A program made the position numbers and the translations under genes. The notes beneath the pieces were generated by a model. That model was not told the origin of the DNA. It did no database searches and saw only the letters and a program-made list of their open reading frames with translations. From Oscillospiraceae bacterium (lineage in GTDB: Bacteria > Bacillota > Clostridia > Oscillospirales > Oscillospiraceae), in contig JAFQQV010000060.1 of NCBI GenBank assembly GCA_017410425.1, positions 921-64,920 on the forward strand: DNA of 64,000 nt, in the 5' to 3' direction. Below, in pieces: positions 8,185-17,301 of the stretch. Within the stretch, counting starts at the first letter, position 1. The number at the start of each line of letters is the position of its first letter.

Positions 8185-8496
8185 ATGCAGAACGAATTTA
8201 ACTGGGGAAGCAAGTTGCCCGGTGAACTGTTCGAACGCTGGCCCAAGGATGAAAACGGCAATCCCGAGGAGCCCAAGCTTTTGGCAACACTTGCAAATAA
8301 CAATATGTTTGATGAGCTTACAGTCAATATGCTTGAAGCCTATGGTATACCCTGCCTTAAGGTCTATCCCGGTTACGGTGGATTCGGCAAGGTAATGCTT
8401 GGTATGAGTGGTGAAGGAACTGAGATTTATGTTCCATCGAGCCTTCACGCTGATGCTCTTGCTCTCTGCACGGAGGGCGATTTTGACCTGTTTTAA
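8185..8496 (+). CDS. Small hypothetical protein (DUF2007-like fold suspected)
   Basis: ORF 8098..8496. ATG 8185 follows GGAGG. The family call is only by resemblance (MLEAYGIPC..IYVP..ADALAL). Confidence 0.4.
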   Translation: MQNEFNWGSKLPGELFERWPKDENGNPEEPKLLATLANNNMFDELTVNMLEAYGIPCLKVYPGYGGFGKVMLGMSGEGTEIYVPSSLHADALALCTEGDFDLF

Positions 8497-8582
8497 TCAG
8501 TTTATTTTTGCCGCGGAGAATAACTCCGCGGACTGGCAATAGATCACATCCCGGAATGAAAATACGAAAGGAAGTTATTATT

Positions 8583-10313
8583 ATGACCAGAAGCTATAAG
8601 GAAGAGTATCAGCATTGGCTGGAGAGCCCCGCACTGTCTGAGCAGGAGTGGGCAGAGCTGGATGCAATCAAGGACGATGAAAAGGAAATCGAAAGCCGTT
8701 TCTTCGCTCCTCTGGAGTTCGGCACCGCCGGTCTTCGCGGCACCATGAAGCTGGGCCTGAACCACATGAACATCCACATTATCCGCCACGCTACTCAGGC
8801 TTTTGCAAATGTTATCTGCGCTGAGGGTGAGGAAGCCAAGAAGAAGGGCATCGCTGTTGCATACGACTGCCGTCTCAACGGTGCTGACTTTGCTCGTGAG
8901 GCTGCCTGCGTCATGGCTGCAAACGGTATCCATGTCCGCCTCTTCGATGCACTGCGTCCCACTCCCGAGCTGAGCTTCGCTGTCATCCACTATGGCTGCG
9001 CTGCCGGTATCAATATTACCGCCAGCCACAACCCCAAGGAATACAACGGCTACAAGGTTTACTGGTCTGATGGTGCTCAGCTTCCTCCCGAGCCTGCAGC
9101 AGAAATCGCAAAGCAGATGGAAGCTATCGACATCTTCACCGGCTTCAAGTCCATGGACTTCGACAAGGCAATGGCTGAAGGTCTGATCGAAATGCTGGGC
9201 GAAGAGACTGACGAGGCATTCCTTGCAAACGTTATGACTCAGGCTATCGACAAGGAGACTGTTGCAGAGGTCGCAGATGACTTCCGTATCGTCTTCACTC
9301 CCTTCCACGGCACCGGTCACAAGCTGGTTCCCGAAGCTCTGCGCCGCCTGGGTATCAAGCACATCTATCCCGTTGAGGAGCAGATGGTTATTGACGGCAA
9401 TTTCCCCACCGTTGTCAGCCCCAACCCCGAAAATCCCGAAGGCTTCTATCTGGCAGTTGATCTGGCCAAGAAGGTTGACTCTGACCTGATCATCGGAACC
9501 GACCCCGACGCTGACCGTATCGGCACCATGGTCCGCACCGGCGATACTTACACCACCATCACCGGCAACCAGATGGGCGTTCTGCTTCTGGACTATGTTA
9601 TCAAGGCAAAGAAGGCTACCGGCACTCTGCCCGAGAATCCCGGCGCAATGAGCTCCATCGTTTCCACCGGCATGGCAAGAGTAGTTGCCGAGAAGAACGG
9701 TGTCCACTTTGAGGACACCCTCACCGGCTTCAAGTTCATGGCTGAGCGCATCGCCAGCTGGGAAGCTGCCAACAGCTACAAGTGCATCTTTGCATTTGAA
9801 GAGAGCTACGGCTACCTGATGGGCGACTACGTTCGCGATAAGGACGCTGTCACCGCTTCCATGGTTGTTGCCGAGATGGCTGCACATTACCACAAGAAGG
9901 GCATGACCCTTATGGATGCAATGAACGCTTTGTACGAAGAGTACGGCTGCTTCAAGGAGAAGACCCTGAACCTGGTTATGCCCGGTCTGGACGGCCTGCA
10001 GAAGATGAAGAAGCTTATGGACGATCTTCGCGCCAATCCTCCCAAGGAAATCGGTGGTCAGGAAGTTCTGCGCCTGAGAGACTACAAGGACAGCAGCATC
10101 TGGGTTGCAGGTCTCGGCAAGGTTGGCACTACTCCCTTTGGCGGCTCCAACGTTCTCTACTTCGAACTGGCTGACGGCTCCAACTTCATCGTAAGACCCT
10201 CCGGCACCGAGCCCAAGGTCAAGGTTTACCTGCTTGTCCGCGGCGAAAGCATGGAGCAGTGCGATGAGCGTATGGCCAAGTACATGGAGTTTGCAGATAC
10301 TCTCAAGCAGTAA
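8583..10313 (+). CDS. Phosphoglucomutase/phosphomannomutase (alpha-D-phosphohexomutase family)
   Basis: Active-site TASHNPKEYNGYKVY and metal loop GTDPDADR. ATG 8583 follows GAAAGGAAG. Confidence 0.9.
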   Translation: MTRSYKEEYQHWLESPALSEQEWAELDAIKDDEKEIESRFFAPLEFGTAGLRGTMKLGLNHMNIHIIRHATQAFANVICAEGEEAKKKGIAVAYDCRLNGADFAREAACVMAANGIHVRLFDALRPTPELSFAVIHYGCAAGINITASHNPKEYNGYKVYWSDGAQLPPEPAAEIAKQMEAIDIFTGFKSMDFDKAMAEGLIEMLGEETDEAFLANVMTQAIDKETVAEVADDFRIVFTPFHGTGHKLVPEALRRLGIKHIYPVEEQMVIDGNFPTVVSPNPENPEGFYLAVDLAKKVDSDLIIGTDPDADRIGTMVRTGDTYTTITGNQMGVLLLDYVIKAKKATGTLPENPGAMSSIVSTGMARVVAEKNGVHFEDTLTGFKFMAERIASWEAANSYKCIFAFEESYGYLMGDYVRDKDAVTASMVVAEMAAHYHKKGMTLMDAMNALYEEYGCFKEKTLNLVMPGLDGLQKMKKLMDDLRANPPKEIGGQEVLRLRDYKDSSIWVAGLGKVGTTPFGGSNVLYFELADGSNFIVRPSGTEPKVKVYLLVRGESMEQCDERMAKYMEFADTLKQ

Positions 10314-10316
10314 GAA

Positions 10317-10859
10317 ATGAAAATACTTCTCGAGCTATTCATTGCTTTTGCGCGAGTTGGAGTAATGACCTTTGGTGGCGGTTATGCCATGCTTCCCATA
10401 ATTGAACGGGAAATTGTGGATAAGCGCCACTGGGCCGAGCTCGATGAAATAATGGACTATTACGCCGTGGGTCAATGTACCCCCGGCGTAATCGCTGTGA
10501 ACACAGCTACTTTCATCGGCTATAAGCTTGCAGGCGTTCCCGGCGGCATTGCTGCCACCATTGGCGTGGTTTTCCCCTCGCTGATAATTATCACTGTCAT
10601 TGCAAGCGTGCTCACCGCTTTTGCTGAGGTTCCTGCTGTAAAGAGTGCCTTTGCAGGAATCCGCGTCTGCGTTTGTGTTCTCATTTTCAACTCCGTAATG
10701 AAGCTTTATAAAAAGGCAATTGTGGATAAGGCCAGCCTTGCCTTGTTTATCATTGTATTCATCCTTGCTGTGCTGCTGGATGTGTCACCGGTGGTATTTG
10801 TTATCATTTGTGCCCTTGGCGGTATTTCCCTTACAAGACTGGGGGTGCGTGGTAAATGA
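10317..10859 (+). CDS. Chromate transporter family protein (half-size, first of a pair)
   Basis: VGVMTFGGGYAMLPIIE.. CHR-family signature; 180 aa, multi-TM. Confidence 0.85.
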   Translation: MKILLELFIAFARVGVMTFGGGYAMLPIIEREIVDKRHWAELDEIMDYYAVGQCTPGVIAVNTATFIGYKLAGVPGGIAATIGVVFPSLIIITVIASVLTAFAEVPAVKSAFAGIRVCVCVLIFNSVMKLYKKAIVDKASLALFIIVFILAVLLDVSPVVFVIICALGGISLTRLGVRGK

Positions 10860-11434
10860 TGCTTTATCTGCGCCTCTATTTTGAGTTTTTTAAAACCGGC
10901 CTTTTTTCTGTTGGCGGTGGTATGGCAACTTTGCCTTTCCTCTATGCCATTAGCGATAAAACCGGCTGGTTCAGCCATGAGCTTCTGGCAGACATGGTGG
11001 CGGTTTCTGAGTCTACTCCTGGCCCTATCGGTGTCAACATGGCCACCTATGTAGGCTATGTTACTGGTGGTATTCCCGGGGCATTGATTGCTACGGCAGG
11101 ACTTGTAACTCCATGCTGTATTATCATCCTGCTCATTGCAAAGGCTCTCAAGGCTTTCCGCCAGAACAAGTATGTGGATGCTGCATTCTATGGCCTGCAG
11201 CCCTGCTCTGTCGGCCTTATCGCTGCAGCGGGCATGCTGGTGCTGAAGATTTCCCTTTTTGATTTCGGCCTGTTTGGTGAGACAGGAAAGCTTATTGACC
11301 TTTTTAACTTCAAAGCTATTGTCCTTGCGGCTATCCTGCTTATTTGCACGAGGTATGTAAAAAAACTCAAAGGGCTTCATCCAATTGTGTTTATCGCAGC
11401 CTCTGCCTTGGTTGGCATAGTGTTTGCTTTCTAG
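10856..11434 (+). CDS. Chromate transporter family protein (half-size, second of a pair)
   Basis: TGLFSVGGGMATLPFL.. signature. Its start overlaps the upstream stop. Confidence 0.85.
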   Translation: MMLYLRLYFEFFKTGLFSVGGGMATLPFLYAISDKTGWFSHELLADMVAVSESTPGPIGVNMATYVGYVTGGIPGALIATAGLVTPCCIIILLIAKALKAFRQNKYVDAAFYGLQPCSVGLIAAAGMLVLKISLFDFGLFGETGKLIDLFNFKAIVLAAILLICTRYVKKLKGLHPIVFIAASALVGIVFAF

Positions 11435-12390
11435 AACAGGGACACAAAATACATCAGAATAAATGCGATTGTCGCACTCAGAAGGCGGCCTGCCAGATGC
11501 AGGCTGCCTTTTATTTTGCTTTCGGATAGGACAGCAAGGGTCTGAAAATGTACGCTGAGCCCACCCCAACTGAGTATGGCAGCGGCAAGAGCCATATTTA
11601 ACGGTTTTGCCTCGAGCCCTGACATGCAGCCTGCCGCGCTGCCAAGCTCCAGAATACCGGTGAAAAGTGCTTTGGCAAACTGTGGGGGCTGACCGGTAAG
11701 ACTACTGAACATTCCGCAGAGTTTAGATAAAACATCGCCAGAATCCATAAGCGAAAGCAGCACGGAAAAGCTTATGACAAAAGCACAGACATTGATAATT
11801 GAGTTTGTGGCCTGCTTTATGGATGCAACGACAGCCTCTGCTGTCTTTGTCTCATCAAGCCTGTGTGGCTGTACTGTGTTGGAATATTCGTTTGTTCTGA
11901 AAAACAAAGCTGCTATCAGAGCTGATACAATGTGCACCGCATAGAGCTCAAGCCCTGTCTTAACAGAGCCGAATATACTGCTGCCCATGACGCCGATTAT
12001 AAAAGCCGGGCCTGAATTGTTGCAGAAGGCTATAAGCCGTTCTCCCTCACCTGTGTTTATCAAGCCCTCTTTTTCCATGTCCGCAATATAGGAAGCTCCA
12101 GCCGGGTAACCGCCCACAAATCCCATCACCAGCGCTGAGGCACCTGCTGGGCTTATACCGTAAAGCCGGCAGAAAAAAGGGGAGATAATTCTTCCAAGAC
12201 TAGCCGGCAAACCAAGCTTTGTCATGAAAGCAGAGAGCACAAAGAATGGAAAAAGCGAGGGGATTATCATCCTTCCGCAGAGCAGCAGCGCATCAAAGCA
12301 CGAGGCCTTGACTTTGTCTGCGGAGAAAACCAGCAGTATCAGCAAGGAAACTGCGAATATAATTTTTATGTTGTTGGTGTATTTTTTCAT
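11431..12390 (-). CDS. ylbJ: Sporulation integral membrane protein YlbJ (nucleoside-recognition-domain family)
   Basis: Multi-TM, with LLCGRMIIPSLFPFFVLS.. ATG 12390 follows GGAGG at 12399-12403. Confidence 0.7.
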   Translation of the reverse strand: MKKYTNNIKIIFAVSLLILLVFSADKVKASCFDALLLCGRMIIPSLFPFFVLSAFMTKLGLPASLGRIISPFFCRLYGISPAGASALVMGFVGGYPAGASYIADMEKEGLINTGEGERLIAFCNNSGPAFIIGVMGSSIFGSVKTGLELYAVHIVSALIAALFFRTNEYSNTVQPHRLDETKTAEAVVASIKQATNSIINVCAFVISFSVLLSLMDSGDVLSKLCGMFSSLTGQPPQFAKALFTGILELGSAAGCMSGLEAKPLNMALAAAILSWGGLSVHFQTLAVLSESKIKGSLHLAGRLLSATIAFILMYFVSLF

Positions 12391-12475
12391 TTTCCAGCCT
12401 CCTTGTCCGTGTATCAAGCTATGAGCCTGAGCATAGGTTTATACAAAACATTAAGCGGAAAATGAGGTGCTGCCT

Positions 12476-12748
12476 TTGAAAAAAATCAGGGAATTACCTT
12501 TTGAACTGGCTGAAAAACTGGAGCTGCCTGGAGAAGTGCTTCCGGGCGCGGGAAGCATATGTATCACTGGCGGGAGAAACGCATTGGTTGAGGGGCACCG
12601 GGGAATACTTGAGTATTCTGAGGATAGAATTGTGCTGGCTTTACGGCGGGGAAAGATTACATTATCAGGCGCGGGAATGCAGCTCAGGGCCATGAATGGG
12701 GGAGAGCTTCTTGTCAGCGGCAGGATACAGAATGTGGAGTGGGGCTGA
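12476..12748 (+). CDS. yqfC: Sporulation protein YqfC
   Basis: About 90 aa with ..LPGEV..ITGGRNALVEGHRGILEYSEDRI.. resembling Bacillus YqfC, followed by yqfD. The start could be TTG 12476 or GTG 12467. Confidence 0.8.
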   Translation: MKKIRELPFELAEKLELPGEVLPGAGSICITGGRNALVEGHRGILEYSEDRIVLALRRGKITLSGAGMQLRAMNGGELLVSGRIQNVEWG

Positions 12749-12750
12749 TT

Positions 12751-13911
12751 ATGAATATTAAAGAAAAAAGCGGGCAGGGCAGAATAAGGCTGCAGATTTT
12801 TGCGGCACTGCCGGAAAGCTATATTAATGCTGCCGCAGCTTCCGGAATTGAAATCTGGCGGCTTAAACGTATTGATTCAAATACCCTTTGCTTTGATGCC
12901 TTTGAGAGCAGCCTTGAAATGCTGGAGCAACTTGCAAAGGCCTGCTCTGCTGAGATTGAGGTTTTCAGATACAGGGCAGTACGCCGTAGAATACTTAAAT
13001 CGCGCTGGCTGCTTTTGCTGCTTTGCCTCGGAATGGGGACTCTGTTGCTTATATCATCACTTTTTATCTGGAAGGTAGAAGTTCATGGAAACAGTCATCT
13101 AAGCAAAGGGGAGATACTAAGGGTTCTGGAGGACAGCGGTATTTATGTTGGTCGCTTCTGGCCCGGGATAAAGGCTGATGATGTGCGCGGCGAGTTTATG
13201 CCGAAGCTTCCCGACGTGGGATGGATGACCGTTAATATCAGCGGTTCAAGAGCGGTAGTGCTCATAAACGAGCGACAGCAAAAACCGGAAATATATGACG
13301 AGGCTGCAGCCGCGGATCTTATTGCATCAAAAACCGGCCTTTTGCGACGTGTGTCTGTACTCAATGGCAAAGCTGCTGTTGAGCCGGGGCAGGCTGTTGT
13401 GGTCGGAGAAAAACTTGCCGATGGCAGGCTTGAGAGCATAATGGGCAGCGAACGCCTGGTGCGGGCCCGGGGTTCCGTGATGGCGGATACCTGGTATGAG
13501 ATTGACTCTGTATGTCCTGAGGAGATGGAGTTAAAAAGCCAGCGGGGAATAAGCCGACACCGCTTTGCGCTGGTTCTTGGAAAAAGACGGATAAATTTCT
13601 ATATTAGCAGTGGAAAAGCTATTGACGAGTGTGATAAAATCATTAATGATTATACTCTGGGTGTAGAAGGCCATTTTGCTTTGCCGCTGCGGCTTGTGCA
13701 TGAAGTTATCATTCCGTACGAAAGCACTGCCGGCAAGGGCTATGATACTGAGGAGATGGGCCGTTCACTGCTGGCCACGCTTGACAGCAGCGTTGAGGGG
13801 CAGATCCTTCAGTCCAGTCTTACCGAAAGCTTTGCCCGGGGACTTTATGTGCTCACTCTTAGAGCGCACTGCATAGAAAATATTGCCCAGACTCAGGAAC
13901 TTACAGGCTGA
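12751..13911 (+). CDS. yqfD: Sporulation protein YqfD (stage IV)
   Basis: Single central TM segment, correct size, and conserved position after yqfC and before phoH. Confidence 0.8.
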   Translation: MNIKEKSGQGRIRLQIFAALPESYINAAAASGIEIWRLKRIDSNTLCFDAFESSLEMLEQLAKACSAEIEVFRYRAVRRRILKSRWLLLLLCLGMGTLLLISSLFIWKVEVHGNSHLSKGEILRVLEDSGIYVGRFWPGIKADDVRGEFMPKLPDVGWMTVNISGSRAVVLINERQQKPEIYDEAAAADLIASKTGLLRRVSVLNGKAAVEPGQAVVVGEKLADGRLESIMGSERLVRARGSVMADTWYEIDSVCPEEMELKSQRGISRHRFALVLGKRRINFYISSGKAIDECDKIINDYTLGVEGHFALPLRLVHEVIIPYESTAGKGYDTEEMGRSLLATLDSSVEGQILQSSLTESFARGLYVLTLRAHCIENIAQTQELTG

Positions 13912-13931
13912 GCGGGCTTGAAAGGAATAAC

Positions 13932-14936
13932 ATGATAGATAAAAGCATTGAAGTTGAAAGAATGGAGCATGTGATAAGCGTGTTTGGCTCTTTCGACCAG
14001 AACCTGAGAATTATTGAAAACGAGCTTAGTGTTAAGGTTCTCAACAGGGACGATATGATCCATATCTGCGGCGAGGCTGAGAATGTCATGCTGGCAGAAA
14101 AGGCTATCAATGCCCTGCTGACCCTTGCAGCCAAAGGCGAGAATATTGACGCCCAGAATGTGCGTTATATCCTGAAGCTTGTTTCCGAGGGCAAGGAGAC
14201 CAAGATAAACGAGCTTGCCGGTGATGTAATCTGCGTAACTGCCAAGGGTAAGCCCATCAAGCCCAAAACTCTGGGCCAAAAGGAATACTGTGACGCTATA
14301 CAGAAAAATACCGTTACTCTGGGCATAGGCCCTGCCGGAACCGGTAAGACCTATCTTGCAGTTGCCGCGGCTGTTGCGGCCTTCCGCGCCGAGGAAGTAA
14401 ACCGTATCATCCTGACCCGTCCCGCTGTTGAAGCAGGCGAGCGCCTGGGCTTCCTGCCCGGCGACCTGCAGAGCAAGGTCGACCCCTATCTGCGTCCTCT
14501 ATATGATGCTCTTTTTGATATGCTGGGCCCCGACACCTACCAGAAATATCTTGAGCGCGGCAATATAGAGGTTGCCCCTCTTGCCTATATGCGCGGCAGA
14601 ACTCTGGACGACAGCTTTATCATTCTGGACGAAGCCCAGAATACCTCCCGCGAGCAGATGAAGATGTTCCTGACCCGTATAGGCTTTGGTTCCAAGGTGG
14701 TTATCACCGGTGACATTACGCAGATAGACCTGCCTGAGGACAAAGTCAGCGGCCTGAAGGTGGCAATGAAGGTGCTGCAGGATGTTGAGGATATAGCTAT
14801 CTGCAAGCTCAGCGGCGCTGACGTTGTACGTCACAGACTTGTACAGAAGATAATTGAGGCCTATGAGGTCTATGATAAAAAGCATCCGCCCGAGGAGACA
14901 AAGAAGCTGCCTCCCAGAAAATATAAGAAGGGGTAA
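13932..14936 (+). CDS. phoH: PhoH family ATPase
   Basis: Walker A GPAGTGKTYLA, LDEAQN, and conserved phoH-ybeY synteny. Confidence 0.92.
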   Translation: MIDKSIEVERMEHVISVFGSFDQNLRIIENELSVKVLNRDDMIHICGEAENVMLAEKAINALLTLAAKGENIDAQNVRYILKLVSEGKETKINELAGDVICVTAKGKPIKPKTLGQKEYCDAIQKNTVTLGIGPAGTGKTYLAVAAAVAAFRAEEVNRIILTRPAVEAGERLGFLPGDLQSKVDPYLRPLYDALFDMLGPDTYQKYLERGNIEVAPLAYMRGRTLDDSFIILDEAQNTSREQMKMFLTRIGFGSKVVITGDITQIDLPEDKVSGLKVAMKVLQDVEDIAICKLSGADVVRHRLVQKIIEAYEVYDKKHPPEETKKLPPRKYKKG

Positions 14937-14941
14937 GCCGG

Positions 14942-15421
14942 ATGAAACATGAAGTTTATATTTCCCGCGAAGTGATCGGTCTTGGTCATAATGAATCTGC
15001 GGCTCTTATCAAAAAGGCAATCAATATGGCGCTGGATGCAGAGGGGATTGATGTTCCCTGCATTATAAGCGTTATGTTAACCGATGACGAGGGCATACAG
15101 ACCGTAAACAGAGATTTCCGCGGTGTGGACAGAGCAACCGACGTGCTCAGCTTCCCCATGAACGAACTTGTACCCGGGGAGTTTGACGAGGACATGTGCG
15201 AGCATGATATGGACTCCGGCGCTGTATTGCTGGGTGATATGATGATTTCCATACCCCGCTGTGAGGAGCAGGGGGCAGAGTTTGGCCACGGCTATAAGCG
15301 GGAGATAATGTATCTCACCGTACATTCAGTGCTCCACCTGCTGGGATATGACCATATTGATGAAGGTGAAATGAAAGCACAGATGAGAGCCCGTGAAAAA
15401 GCCATCATGGGCGATGATTAA
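14942..15421 (+). CDS. ybeY: rRNA maturation endoribonuclease YbeY
   Basis: Zinc motif HSVLHLLGYDH. Confidence 0.92.
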   Translation: MKHEVYISREVIGLGHNESAALIKKAINMALDAEGIDVPCIISVMLTDDEGIQTVNRDFRGVDRATDVLSFPMNELVPGEFDEDMCEHDMDSGAVLLGDMMISIPRCEEQGAEFGHGYKREIMYLTVHSVLHLLGYDHIDEGEMKAQMRAREKAIMGDD

Positions 15422-15434
15422 GGAGATAAATAAA

Positions 15435-16322
15435 ATGACTAAATCAGCAATGATAACCATATGTGGCAGACCCAATGTGGGTAAGTCCACCCTCACAAAT
15501 GCTCTTGTGGGTGAGAAGATTGCCATAGTTTCCAATAAGCCTCAGACCACCAGAAACCGTATTACCGCCATCGTTACAAGAGATGAGACTCAGTTTGTGC
15601 TCATGGACACTCCGGGCTTCCATAACCCCAGAACCCGGCTTGGCGACTATATGGTGAATGTCGTCAAGGAGAGCGTTGCAGACGTGGACTGTGTCCTGCT
15701 GCTGGTTGAGCCTATTGCCAACATCGGCCCTCAGGAGGAGGCCCTTATCGCCAGAATCAAGCAGGTTGATGTGCCCGCGGTTCTGGTTATAAACAAAATT
15801 GATACCATTGAGAAGGAAAAGCTTCTTGAAGTTATCGCAGTCTACAGCGCAGCCTGTGACTTTGATGCCATTATCCCTATTTCTGCAAGAAAGGGCGATG
15901 GACTGGAGCAGCTCTTTAGACAGCTTGATACTTATGCGGTTGAAGGTCCTCACTTTTTCCCGGATGATATGATCACTGACCAGCCTGAGCGCCAGATCTG
16001 CGCAGAGCTTGTGCGCGAAAAGCTGCTGCGCTGCCTTGACAAGGAAATTCCTCACGGCACCGCCATCGAAGTGACAAAATTTTCCGAGCGCGACAATGGT
16101 ATAATTGACCTGGAAGTTACCATTTTCTGCGAAAGAGACAGTCACAAGGGTATTATTATCGGCAAGAAGGGGGCTATGCTCAAGAAGATTGGCGAGCAGG
16201 CCAGACATGATATCGAAGCCTTTATGGGCACCAAGGTAAATCTGCAGACCTGGGTAAAGGTCAAGGAAAACTGGCGCGATTCTACTGTTTCCCTGAGAAA
16301 CTTCGGCTTTACCAACGAGTAA
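15435..16322 (+). CDS. era: GTPase Era
   Basis: G1 GRPNVGKST, G3 DTPG, G4 NKID, and a C-terminal KH domain. ATG 15435 follows AAGGAG. Confidence 0.93.
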   Translation: MTKSAMITICGRPNVGKSTLTNALVGEKIAIVSNKPQTTRNRITAIVTRDETQFVLMDTPGFHNPRTRLGDYMVNVVKESVADVDCVLLLVEPIANIGPQEEALIARIKQVDVPAVLVINKIDTIEKEKLLEVIAVYSAACDFDAIIPISARKGDGLEQLFRQLDTYAVEGPHFFPDDMITDQPERQICAELVREKLLRCLDKEIPHGTAIEVTKFSERDNGIIDLEVTIFCERDSHKGIIIGKKGAMLKKIGEQARHDIEAFMGTKVNLQTWVKVKENWRDSTVSLRNFGFTNE

Positions 16323-16379
16323 TATTTTCCAACCATATGTGCCCCGTCTCTGACAATACTAATGTCAGAGGTGATGCAT

Positions 16380-16499
16380 ATGAGTACAGACCCCATCTGG
16401 AAAGCATTTGCGGACTCCGGCGACCCATTGTACTATCTTCTCTACAAGGCAGTCACAATGGGCGAGCAGGGTGAAGAGAAAGACAGCGGCCCGACATGA
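16380..16499 (+). CDS. yqzL: YqzL-family small protein (39 aa); not in the supplied ORF track
   Basis: Own translation: MSTDPIWKAFADSGDPLYYLLYKAVTMGEQGEEKDSGPT. GAGGTG lies 5 nt upstream. It sits between era and recO exactly as Bacillus yqzL does. Confidence 0.65.
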   Translation: MSTDPIWKAFADSGDPLYYLLYKAVTMGEQGEEKDSGPT

Positions 16500-16533
16500 A
16501 ATGCGGGCGCGCTAGCCTGAGAGACGTACATAT

Positions 16534-17280
16534 ATGTTTAACACCACAAACGCGCTGGTACTGCGCGAGACACGCTATAAAGAGGCTGACCGTATTCTGA
16601 CGCTGCTCACCGATAAGGAGGGCAAGATCACCGTCAAGGCCCGTGGTGCACTGCGCAAGAGCAGCAAAACCGCTGCCGCCACCCAGCAGCTGACCTATTC
16701 TGAAATGACCTTGTTTGGCAACAGAGGCCGATGGACGGTGAACGAGGCTTCCGTAAAGGAGGCCTTTTCCGGCTTGCGCATGGATATGGAGGCATTGTCT
16801 CTGGGCAGCTATTTTGCTGAGTGCATTGAGGCCTTTGCCATTGAAGATCAGCCCGAGCCTGCACTTTTGCAGCTGGTGCTCAATAGCCTCTATGCTTTGA
16901 GCAACAAAATGTATCCGCAGGAACACATTAAAGCAGCATTTGAGCTGAGGCTCATGTGCATCTGCGGCTATGCTCCGGAGCTTTCAATCTGCGCCGGATG
17001 CGGCTGTGAAGAGCCTGAACAGCCGGTTTTGAGTATTGGCAGCGGCGCCGTCTACTGCCGAAGCTGCTCCTATGGTGCGGGGGACACGGTGTCACTGTGT
17101 GATAGCTCCCTTGCGGCGCTGCGCTATATTTGCTCAGCTCCTGCAAAGCAGCTCTTTTCTTTTTCCGTCAGTGATGAAGCAATGAAGCGCCTTGCCAACG
17201 CCAGCGAACGCTATCTTCTCCGCCATGCGGAGCGCAGTTTTTATACCCTTGATTACTGGAAGAACATCAGAATCATATAA
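16534..17280 (+). CDS. recO: DNA repair protein RecO
   Basis: N-terminal OB region ALVLRETRYKEADRILTLLT, a central Cys cluster CAGCG..CRSC, and synteny after era. Confidence 0.9.
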   Translation: MFNTTNALVLRETRYKEADRILTLLTDKEGKITVKARGALRKSSKTAAATQQLTYSEMTLFGNRGRWTVNEASVKEAFSGLRMDMEALSLGSYFAECIEAFAIEDQPEPALLQLVLNSLYALSNKMYPQEHIKAAFELRLMCICGYAPELSICAGCGCEEPEQPVLSIGSGAVYCRSCSYGAGDTVSLCDSSLAALRYICSAPAKQLFSFSVSDEAMKRLANASERYLLRHAERSFYTLDYWKNIRII

Positions 17281-17301
17281 TGAGATATATTGGTGACTGA
17301 T

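Noticed and set aside
8507-8530. Hairpin ccgcggag-aataa-ctccgcgg upstream of the phosphohexomutase gene, considered as a terminator.
   Set aside because: The T-run lies 5' of the stem on the + strand, and the minus-strand reading is followed by A-rich rather than U-rich sequence. It therefore does not fit an intrinsic terminator in either direction, and its function is left open.
10706-11569. 287 aa minus-strand ORF spanning both chromate-transporter genes.
   Set aside because: It is antisense to two genes with clear CHR-family signatures. Its composition is Arg/Cys/His-rich and no motif is recognisable.
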